Source: Fibrobacteria bacterium (GTDB lineage: Bacteria; Fibrobacterota; Fibrobacteria; UBA11236). Taken from it: DNA of 21,276 nt. The DNA is taken from positions 1-21,276 of the forward strand of contig JAYTHY010000120.1 of assembly GCA_043732185.1 (NCBI GenBank). The letters run 5' to 3'. Position 1 is the first letter of the stretch; the number at the start of each line of letters is the position of its first letter. Positions 1-7,242 of the stretch are shown here, in pieces. The notes beneath the pieces were generated by a model, which saw nothing but the letters and a program-made list of their open reading frames with translations, searched no databases and was not told where the DNA came from. The position numbers and the translations under genes were made by a program.

Positions 1-99
1 CAATAATCAGACCTCATTTGGTCATCCAGTAATCTAGCCCTTGATCTCAAGGTGGCTTGCCTCCCCCCTCAAAGTGATGTATTCACCGAACGCTTACAA

Positions 100-591
100 A
101 TGAATCAGGAAAAAATCCACAAATTCAGAATTTGGTTGCTTATAATCGGACTTTCAACGGCATTTGGAAATAAAGTCCAGAACTTTTTATGTGTAAGGGA
201 TTCAGACCCGAAGCCCGAATTGAAGGAAAAAATAACCAAGCTTTTGCCAAATATTAAATGGTGTTCTGAATTTAAAATTTCAGATCGAAAAGGGAACAAG
301 GAATTCGATTTTACAATTAAGGGAAAAAGAAAATTCCGAAGCGAAATTCCATTCGATAACGGACACCCGACCTCAAAAACTGACAGCATAGAATTATTTC
401 CAACGGCCGATGCCATCATGGCAAGATCCAAGATATGGGAGGTTAGGCCTCTGAAACAAAATGCAGCCTGCTGGTGTATTATCCGGGATTTGGATTCGTC
501 TGATAAGCTGTTGCATATTGAGGTCGTGTGTCGGAAAAACGGGGCAAAAACATGGGATATTGAGAAAATCCTGCCTCACTTGTTATCTTGA
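100..591 (+). CDS. Hypothetical protein (~163 aa), possibly exported
   Basis: Open frame 52-591. ATG at 100 gives MNQEKIHKFRIWLLIIGLSTAFG, a basic then hydrophobic signal-peptide-like N-terminus. No family motif recognised. Confidence 0.55.
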   Translation: MNQEKIHKFRIWLLIIGLSTAFGNKVQNFLCVRDSDPKPELKEKITKLLPNIKWCSEFKISDRKGNKEFDFTIKGKRKFRSEIPFDNGHPTSKTDSIELFPTADAIMARSKIWEVRPLKQNAACWCIIRDLDSSDKLLHIEVVCRKNGAKTWDIEKILPHLLS

Positions 592-700
592 AGTTAGCCA
601 TCTCTGCAGTGAGGCACTAATTCAAAGGGCTTCGAAATAAATGCATTGTCGTTTTTGTGGTGGGAAAATGGAAAATCGGAAAAATTAAAAGGAGTAGTAC

Positions 701-1090
701 TTGGCCCAAGTCAAAATATTTGGATTGCGAAGTTCGATGAGTTCGAGACAAAAAATAATTTCGGATACAATTCATTCCTGCGTTTGTGAGGCCTTGAAAT
801 TTCCATTTGACAAAAGAGCGCACAGGTTCATACATCTTGAGCCCGAAGATTTTTTCATGCCAAGTGGAAGGAGTCGTTCCTACACAATTATTGAAATCAA
901 CATGATTTTAGGTAGGACTAAAGAAACCAAAAAGAATCTTATCAAGATGCTATTTGATAGATTTAAGAGCGAACTTGAAATTGAGCCAATGGATTTGGAA
1001 GTCCAAATTCTAGAATCTGAAGCTTGCAATTGGGGGTTCAGAGGTATGAATGGTGATGAGATTAAATTAAACTATTCGGTTAATGTGTAA
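701..1090 (+). CDS. Tautomerase-superfamily protein (Tautomerase_2/MSAD-like)
   Basis: TTG start with AAGGAG RBS at 689-694. The 129-aa sequence has the typical pattern QVKIFG...ISDTIHSCVCEALKFPFDKRAHRF...YTIIEINMILGRTKETKKNL...NWGFRG. Confidence 0.85.
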   Translation: MAQVKIFGLRSSMSSRQKIISDTIHSCVCEALKFPFDKRAHRFIHLEPEDFFMPSGRSRSYTIIEINMILGRTKETKKNLIKMLFDRFKSELEIEPMDLEVQILESEACNWGFRGMNGDEIKLNYSVNV

Positions 1091-1115
1091 ACCCTTAAAG
1101 GAGCGCTAAAACTAA

Positions 1116-1214
1116 AACAGCCGCAGAATAATAGGGTAGCGGAAGCGTCCCCCTAGTTCCGGCTTCCGTCCTTAGCGACGGCGATCCTCCACTACCCTTG
1201 CAAATCCGTTACCC
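1116..1214. repeat. Long imperfect inverted repeat (attC-like or REP-like hairpin)
   Basis: AGGGTAGCGGA (1133-1143) pairs with TCCACTACCCT (1188-1198) at 10/11 positions, with a weaker inner stem. It is bracketed by AAC (1116-1118) and GTT (1208-1210). The hairpin is directly visible; its identity is uncertain. Confidence 0.5.
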
Positions 1215-1468
1215 CATTGGCTTTCGACGTTTCCGGGTAGCCGAAGGCAATCATGACTTTACCAATCATCCAAGCTCGGATCTCACGTTTCTCCAAATTC
1301 TCCTATAGTGGAGCGGATTTTCTTTATAAGAGGGCGAGGTAGTTAACGCTCGCCTTAGCGTTGTCCTCTGACAACAGTTGGTTGCTTATGACTTGCAGGT
1401 TTAAGGTATTGGCCGGTTTTTAAAATTATACTCCTTATGGTTACCTAAAATTATAGAATGGCGTTTCC

Positions 1469-2620
1469 ATGTTTGATTCACGCTTTCACTTGCTGACCCT
1501 GCGTTCCTTGGTGTTAGCGTTTGCAATGATCTTGGTTTTTAACCGAATGGGACGTGCTGAATGGGTGCAATCTCTAACTGCGGAAACCCCTAGGACACCC
1601 AAGATATTTTCATTGGCCTTTGCTGGACCTTATCTCCTAGCTGCCTTCGAAAGTGGCGTGTTCCGCTCTTCCGACCAGGGACGGACCTGGATTCATCCTA
1701 GTATGGGGATTACGAACTCCACACCCGTCTTCTCCTTGGCATCGCGCGGTTCCACCGTCTTTGCCGGAACTATAAGTGAAGGCGTTTATCGGTCCGCCGA
1801 TTACGGCCAAACCTGGACTCAGGCTGGATTGGCCGGGGAGTATGTCACCGCCATCGCGCTTTTGGATGGTACGGTGTTGGCAGCAACTTGCTGCCATGGA
1901 TTGTTCCGGTCGACCGATGAAGGTGTCACCTGGACCCATCCCATCTCTGAGACCGGTTATTTCAATGACATCGCAACAAGTGGCGCATTCCTTTTCGCCG
2001 GCTCCACCAATGGCATGTTCCGGTCAACCGACCAAGGCCTGTCGTGGATGTATATTCCTTTATCTGCCAGTCGTTCCGATTCGGCTGTCGGTCCTTTTGC
2101 CGTGATCGGAACAACCCTTTTCGCCGGTGCTCACCAAAACTTGTATCGTTCCGATGACAATGGTGGTACATGGACCAAAACTCCATTGGAAGCTACCAAC
2201 ATCCAAGTTTTGAATGCGAATGATCACGATCTTTTTGTTTTGACTAATCTAGGTCTATGCCAATCTTCGGATCGGGGCGATACCTGGGTCGCGATTGATT
2301 CTGGCCTCCCTGCTAAACTTGGCTATCCACCCAAAATCTTGTGCTTAGCCGTAAGTGGGGAAAATCTCTTCACCGGGGTAGCTATGGCCGGGGTATGGCG
2401 TCGACCGTTGTCTGAAATCACTACTGCCATCATTCCGATCCACGCTTTGGGATTGAAAGGTAATTCTGGGTATCGCAGTTATTTTGGAACCCGCGGATTC
2501 ATTTCGAGAATGGGCCGAATTCTGCAATCCGATCCATTTACTGGCTTCCATGTGAACGGTCGCTCAATCAAGCTACCGGAGCCGAACCGGTCACTTTTTA
2601 GATCTCCGTTTTTGAAATAA
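1469..2620 (+). CDS. Secreted BNR/Asp-box repeat beta-propeller protein (WD40/YVTN/BNR-like)
   Basis: Signal-peptide-like N-terminus. Six Asp-boxes: SSDQGRTW, SADYGQTW, STDEGVTW, STDQGLSW, SDDNGGTW, SSDRGDTW. The domain ends GVWRRPLSE and is followed by a basic tail. Confidence 0.88.
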   Translation: MFDSRFHLLTLRSLVLAFAMILVFNRMGRAEWVQSLTAETPRTPKIFSLAFAGPYLLAAFESGVFRSSDQGRTWIHPSMGITNSTPVFSLASRGSTVFAGTISEGVYRSADYGQTWTQAGLAGEYVTAIALLDGTVLAATCCHGLFRSTDEGVTWTHPISETGYFNDIATSGAFLFAGSTNGMFRSTDQGLSWMYIPLSASRSDSAVGPFAVIGTTLFAGAHQNLYRSDDNGGTWTKTPLEATNIQVLNANDHDLFVLTNLGLCQSSDRGDTWVAIDSGLPAKLGYPPKILCLAVSGENLFTGVAMAGVWRRPLSEITTAIIPIHALGLKGNSGYRSYFGTRGFISRMGRILQSDPFTGFHVNGRSIKLPEPNRSLFRSPFLK

Positions 2621-2677
2621 GGCTGAGCCGTAAAAAATAATTTTTGCCTTGCCCATCAATAAACATGAATACTTTTT

Positions 2678-2977
2678 TCACTTTGTCGCCGAATATGAGG
2701 CTTCCATGCATTCACAATGCAAAAGGATTTTACCTATTTGATTTCGGATTCGTAGCAATTTGAAGCTGCCCTTATTTTCAAACAGTAGATCGGTAATTGC
2801 CTTACCAACTGAACCGGATTCCTTAAAACCAATAACGCCTCTAAAAATAAGGCGCGAAACCAGTTTTTGCTTATTTCTAAATTCAACGATTAGTTCATTT
2901 TCTTTTAATTCAACGGAAACTATTTTCAAACCTTTTGGCTTTAGATTTGAGATTAGAAATTGGGTAGTTATTATCAT
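2678..2977 (-). CDS. Small hypothetical protein (99 aa)
   Basis: ATG-started ORF filling the gap after the BNR gene, with plausible beta-rich composition. No family recognised. Confidence 0.5.
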   Translation of the reverse strand: MIITTQFLISNLKPKGLKIVSVELKENELIVEFRNKQKLVSRLIFRGVIGFKESGSVGKAITDLLFENKGSFKLLRIRNQIGKILLHCECMEASYSATK

Positions 2978-3146
2978 GCTGCAATCTAAAAAAAGTACTC
3001 TAAAATTTATGTAATCGTCAATATTTCTTTAAATCAAGATCAGGGGAAAATGTCAAATTACTTGCTTTCCTGGTGTATCACGCTTAACCAGTTTATGGCC
3101 TTGAACAGCAGCAGGGCTCCTCTCAATCTCAAATCATAGCCCATCC

Positions 3147-3653
3147 ATGCCAGTGGGCAGAATCGAAAACAATTCCACCGCCCCGGCCCAATTCGAAAAC
3201 TTCGGGGATGGAGCCTATGTTTTTACGGGAACTTTTCAAAGCGGCCGAAAGCTCCAAGATTCTACAGGCTACGTCACCAATGGAATGAACTTCGAGGATA
3301 CTTTTATCCTCATAAAAATTATTGATTCCTTGGGCCTGGATCTCAAGTCCAATTTACCCAAAGCCTATTCAAACCCTTCCAATAAGTATGATAATAACCA
3401 CCGTTAAGGCCAAAATGAATCCAATTGCAAACACGCGGGCGAGATTGACGATGACCCCATCAGGAGCTATGCCATTATGAATGACACCGTTCGAATGTCG
3501 TCGCGGAATTTCAAAATCGCAAGCATTATAAACCCCCTCGATGCCTGGACCGTGCCCTTCAAATACGATGGCCGGTATTGCTCCTCTTTAACGTTGGGAA
3601 AGGGTGCAATCTCAATTGCACATGCAATTGCAATGGGAGTTTGTGGAACTTAA
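3147..3653 (+). pseudogene. Possible degraded gene with one in-frame stop
   Basis: ORF 3147-3407 ends at TAA 3405-3407. The same frame stays open for 81 more codons (GQNESNCKHAGEIDDDPIRSY...INPLDAWTVPFKYDGRY...) to TAA 3651-3653. No clear RBS. Confidence 0.35.
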
Positions 3654-3750
3654 GGATTGATAAGGGGCTTCGATTTACCTATGCTCCTGTATTTTATAAA
3701 GAATTTCCAATACGTTTTTTCGGTCAGGAAAGAATGTGAGGGCTTCATAA

Positions 3751-4926
3751 ATGAACAATGCCATCCTGGTAAAGAACGGTTTAATGGGATTTACAGGAAT
3801 ATTACTCCTATCGATTTTCTTTGGAGGATGCAGGAATGATGTCGCATGCTGCACTGAACCGTCCTTGAAGGCAACTGATGTCCATTTAAAGGGACTGACG
3901 GTTTCAGCAGGCGCCCTCAATCCAGCTTTTGATTCCTTAACGCTTGGATACACACTTTCAGTACCCAACGATACTAGATCAATTATAGTTACCCCAAGAG
4001 TTTCTTCTTCTGATTTCGCCTCTATTTCAGTAAATGGGATGGCAACTCCATCAGGCACTCCGTCTAGATCTATTTTATTGGCGGTTGGTTCCAATACTAT
4101 TTCTATTGCGGTTTCTTCAGAAAGTGGTAACCCAAATACTTATACCGTGATCGTCAATCGAGCAAAGAATGAAAACGCTGATTTATCTGGATTGTCCTTT
4201 ACAAACGGCTTAATCAGTCCTGTTTTTGACTCGGCGACCCTGGAATATACCATCACAGTACCGTCTACATCTGTAACTCCGAATGCTTCCGCCTTCGCCA
4301 CTTCAAGCATCACCGTTAATGGTTTAACCGTGCTCTCTGGAAAGTCATCCGGCGAGCTGGCGTTAATTGATGGAGCTAATATTATTCCAATCGTCGTTAC
4401 TTCCGAAAGCGGAGTAGTAAAAACATATACCGTGACGGTCAACAAATCCACTCCATTCAACCAGGGGCAGAATATCAAGCTGGGCGCTCAAGGATCCCCA
4501 ATACTATCATCAGCACTTGATTTGGATTTTCTGAAACCAATGAATTCCTCCCTAGCCAACGCCGAACAAGAAGCCATTGACTTGGTATTCCTTGTTTACG
4601 CCAACGCCTTCCACATGGATAATGCTTTCGCTGCAAGGGCTGCTGGTATTGCAAATAGCATTAATTTGACGAATACATTTGATTCCGCCAGAGTCAAAGA
4701 TGTTAAAATCGTGAAGGCCAGTGCCATGCCTATTGATCAAGAACAGGCCAAGGCTGCATTTTCCGCTGGTACCGCATCTCCCTCCAACGTGATGCAGGTG
4801 GGAGATATTTATCTTGTCATGACTACTGGGGGAAAGCTCGCCATAGTTACAATTTCTACACTTGTGGGCATGGACAATAGGGCTAATGCCGACTTCATTG
4901 TCACCCTCATTACAATCCCCCTCTAA
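3751..4926 (+). CDS. Lipoprotein with two cadherin-like beta-sandwich domains and an unknown C-terminal domain
   Basis: Lipobox-like FFGG-C. Two repeats, LKGLTVSAGALNPAFDSLTLGYT...VNG...GSNTISIAVSSESG..TYTVIVNR and LSGLSFTNGLISPVFDSATLEYT...VNG...GANIIPIVVTSESG..TYTVTVNK, match the cadherin-like beta-sandwich pattern. Confidence 0.82.
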   Translation: MNNAILVKNGLMGFTGILLLSIFFGGCRNDVACCTEPSLKATDVHLKGLTVSAGALNPAFDSLTLGYTLSVPNDTRSIIVTPRVSSSDFASISVNGMATPSGTPSRSILLAVGSNTISIAVSSESGNPNTYTVIVNRAKNENADLSGLSFTNGLISPVFDSATLEYTITVPSTSVTPNASAFATSSITVNGLTVLSGKSSGELALIDGANIIPIVVTSESGVVKTYTVTVNKSTPFNQGQNIKLGAQGSPILSSALDLDFLKPMNSSLANAEQEAIDLVFLVYANAFHMDNAFAARAAGIANSINLTNTFDSARVKDVKIVKASAMPIDQEQAKAAFSAGTASPSNVMQVGDIYLVMTTGGKLAIVTISTLVGMDNRANADFIVTLITIPL

Positions 4927-5004
4927 AATTTACTGGGCCTAGCTGAACAAAATGGACCGTTACCTTATTTCATCCAGTGATTTAAATTTTCTTACACCCT
5001 TGAC

Positions 5005-6009
5005 TTAGGGCAATCGGGCAGCGGAGCCGTTACGCCGATCCAGTTTCCGGCCCAGGAGGGAGAAACTATTTCTGCTGGAAATCAGTTCTCTCTTCTGTAC
5101 GGATTTATTGATTTTTCGATTTAGGGCCAAGGGGGTCGGATCATTCACAATCAGGTCCACATTGGTTACTGTGTTAGTCAATGTCAGAGCATCAGATAAA
5201 TTAAATCTGCTCAGCAAACCCGTTGTGCAGGCTTCCGGAATTCCAACGATTTCGAAATGCCCATCCATATTGGTAATTGCCCATAGGCTGGACAAGGGGT
5301 CTCCTGAGGAACAAGTGAAAAAGAACTGAAGCCTGTTGGTGGGGATGCCTGATCCAGTCTTTGCGTTTCCATTTATGGTTTTGAACAGCCAGCTGGAATC
5401 TTTTTCCAACTGGACATGAAACGAGTCCGTCCATGCAATGCCCTTTAAGGAATCTGAAAGCACTTGAGTTCGATATCCTGGCATGGCAACGGTGAGTTTA
5501 AATCGCCCAACTTTCAATTCTAAAAAGCTGAATCCACCCTCTGCATCTGTAACGCCTCCTTGTAAACCCGAGCTGGAACCGGCTAATTGCAGAGTCAAAT
5601 GGGCGCCTAAGAGGGGCGAGGAATTTGAAGTTGAATCAGTGACTTTGATGAAACAGGAGAGCCTTTTTTCCAGTGTAATAGTGACCTGTTTTTTTTCCGT
5701 TTGAGTAAGATTAAGCAAGCCAGATTGATAGACCCAATAGGGTGTTCGTAGGGCAAGCAATATATATCCAGTTCCGGGGTCGAGTACAGGATTCAGTCCT
5801 GCGAAACGATAGTTGCCTTGAGCGTCAGTCATTATGGAATCATCCACCGGCTTTGGGTTGCTGGTCTTAACTTCCTTTATAAGAATCCAAATATTTGAAA
5901 TAGGCAAACCGGTACTCTTATCGAGTGCGCGACCGGAAATCTCTCCAGCGAAAGATGTTCCCAGTCCAAAAATAAAACCCAATCCCAGTGAAAATGATTT
6001 CAATCTCAT
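5005..6009 (-). CDS. Secreted protein with repeated carboxypeptidase-regulatory-like (transthyretin/Cna-B-like) domains
   Basis: Signal peptide MRLKSFSLGLGFIFGLGTSFA and strong RBS GAGGAGGG (complement of 6017-6024). Three repeats: TDAQGNYRFAGL, TDAEGGFSFLEL..GRFKLTVAMPGY, TNMDGHFEIVGI. Confidence 0.8.
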   Translation of the reverse strand: MRLKSFSLGLGFIFGLGTSFAGEISGRALDKSTGLPISNIWILIKEVKTSNPKPVDDSIMTDAQGNYRFAGLNPVLDPGTGYILLALRTPYWVYQSGLLNLTQTEKKQVTITLEKRLSCFIKVTDSTSNSSPLLGAHLTLQLAGSSSGLQGGVTDAEGGFSFLELKVGRFKLTVAMPGYRTQVLSDSLKGIAWTDSFHVQLEKDSSWLFKTINGNAKTGSGIPTNRLQFFFTCSSGDPLSSLWAITNMDGHFEIVGIPEACTTGLLSRFNLSDALTLTNTVTNVDLIVNDPTPLALNRKINKSVQKRELISSRNSFSLLGRKLDRRNGSAARLP

Positions 6010-6044
6010 GTAATTTCCCTCCTCAACCTGCCTATATTATCGGC

Positions 6045-6500
6045 ATGCGATTCCCCATAAGATACTTGAGTCTTGGCATTCTGGTGTCCGGATTATTCGG
6101 GTGCATTCTCGATCCTGGCGAGGAACGTCGTTCTGAAGTCCTTCCCGGAAAGTATCAGGCCGACAACGACGTCGCAGTGGCGATTTACGATTTTCATTCC
6201 GACGGGACTTTTGAGTTTAAACGATTTGAGGATACCAAGTTGACCCTTACTGAAGAGGGAAAGTGGCGTTACCGCTATATCGATCCTGACACTCGTTATT
6301 TGGATGAGATTGAAGTCACCCGCAAAGATCTCGTATCCACCGACACCTGGCAGACACAAGAAAATGTGAATTATTCCTATGCAATTTTAGCGTCATCAGA
6401 AAATGAATTCGTACTCAACCCCGGATTCGGCGATGGACATGGATTTTTTGCACTCCTCACGCTATTCGCAGATACCAATGTCCATTTTCACCGCCAGTAG
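6045..6500 (+). CDS. Lipoprotein, lipocalin-like fold suspected (~151 aa)
   Basis: ATG 6045 gives MRFPIRYLSLGILVSGLFG-C (lipobox). The LPGKY...YDFHSDGTFEF...EEGKWRY pattern is typical of lipocalin-like lipoproteins. This start avoids overlap with the divergent gene. Confidence 0.7.
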   Translation: MRFPIRYLSLGILVSGLFGCILDPGEERRSEVLPGKYQADNDVAVAIYDFHSDGTFEFKRFEDTKLTLTEEGKWRYRYIDPDTRYLDEIEVTRKDLVSTDTWQTQENVNYSYAILASSENEFVLNPGFGDGHGFFALLTLFADTNVHFHRQ

Positions 6501-7152
6501 TCTACTCGTCGCAGTTCTTTGCTGGCCGATAGTGGAATCGCACGCCGACGCTTCTAAAAGTGGATCGAGTTGGATGTCGATCACCTTGGCCACTGATGGT
6601 GTGCCGCTTACCGATGAGCATCCTTCGCTCGCTCTCGCCATCAAGAAGGAGGTTCGTCCTGGTTTCCTGATGGAAGGTCAGATGGTATTAAGTTCCACCG
6701 TGTACGGGCTTTTCGAGGGTAAGCATTCGCCCCGGCCCAATTATGGATGCTTGTCCTCATTGATTGGCATTCTCCCCGGGGATCAAGGAAACGTCGAATT
6801 GGCTACCGGCGTAGGCGTGGTCGCGGGACAAAAAGAAGGCACACTCTATTTTAACCACACGTGGGAAAACGGGCTATTTCCCACAAGGAGTCATGAGTCC
6901 AGGCGTTTGGTTTTCGTGGATGTAGGAGTACCCGTAGTGGCGCAATGGCGTTTCACACAGCGGAAAACCACGGGATTGGGGCTCGATTTTTCTTGCTTGT
7001 GGTCTCCAGAATTGTTTCGTTGGAATTTGGGGATTTCAATTCAGTTCGGCTTGGGCGCAACCGTACCCCGTCCAGCAAGTATTTTGCCTCCGCCCAAAAT
7101 CATTCCGCAGGATGAATCGCCCGAAGGGCCAGTGAGAGAAGAGTTGGAATAG
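6478..7152 (+). CDS. Exported hypothetical protein, probable outer-membrane beta-barrel with Pro/acidic tail (~224 aa)
   Basis: ATG 6478 gives signal peptide MSIFTASSLLVAVLCWPIVESHA. Amphipathic beta-strands include VELATGVGVV, GLGLDFSCLW and WNLGISIQFG. Overlaps the upstream gene by 23 nt. Confidence 0.6.
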   Translation: MSIFTASSLLVAVLCWPIVESHADASKSGSSWMSITLATDGVPLTDEHPSLALAIKKEVRPGFLMEGQMVLSSTVYGLFEGKHSPRPNYGCLSSLIGILPGDQGNVELATGVGVVAGQKEGTLYFNHTWENGLFPTRSHESRRLVFVDVGVPVVAQWRFTQRKTTGLGLDFSCLWSPELFRWNLGISIQFGLGATVPRPASILPPPKIIPQDESPEGPVREELE

Positions 7153-7202
7153 CGCTTCAGGAATTTACTTCGCCTTGGAAGGATTGCTCGAAAGGCTTAG
7201 TT

Positions 7203-7229
7203 TTGAACCGAACTTGGGTTCAACATAAT
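7203..7229 (+). promoter_or_regulatory. Putative operator palindrome adjoining a -10-like element upstream of the LpxR-family gene
   Basis: TTGAACC (7203-7209)-N7-GGTTCAA (7217-7223) is a perfect inverted repeat, directly followed by CATAAT (7224-7229). Confidence 0.4.
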
Positions 7230-7242
7230 TCCATCAATTGCA

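Noticed and set aside
1322..1400. CTTTATAAGAGGGCGAGG resembles the 5' end of a SAM-I riboswitch
   Set aside because: The downstream conserved elements (GCAACC, GTGC.AA.TCC, closing GAT.A) are absent, and the downstream gene is unrelated to sulfur metabolism.
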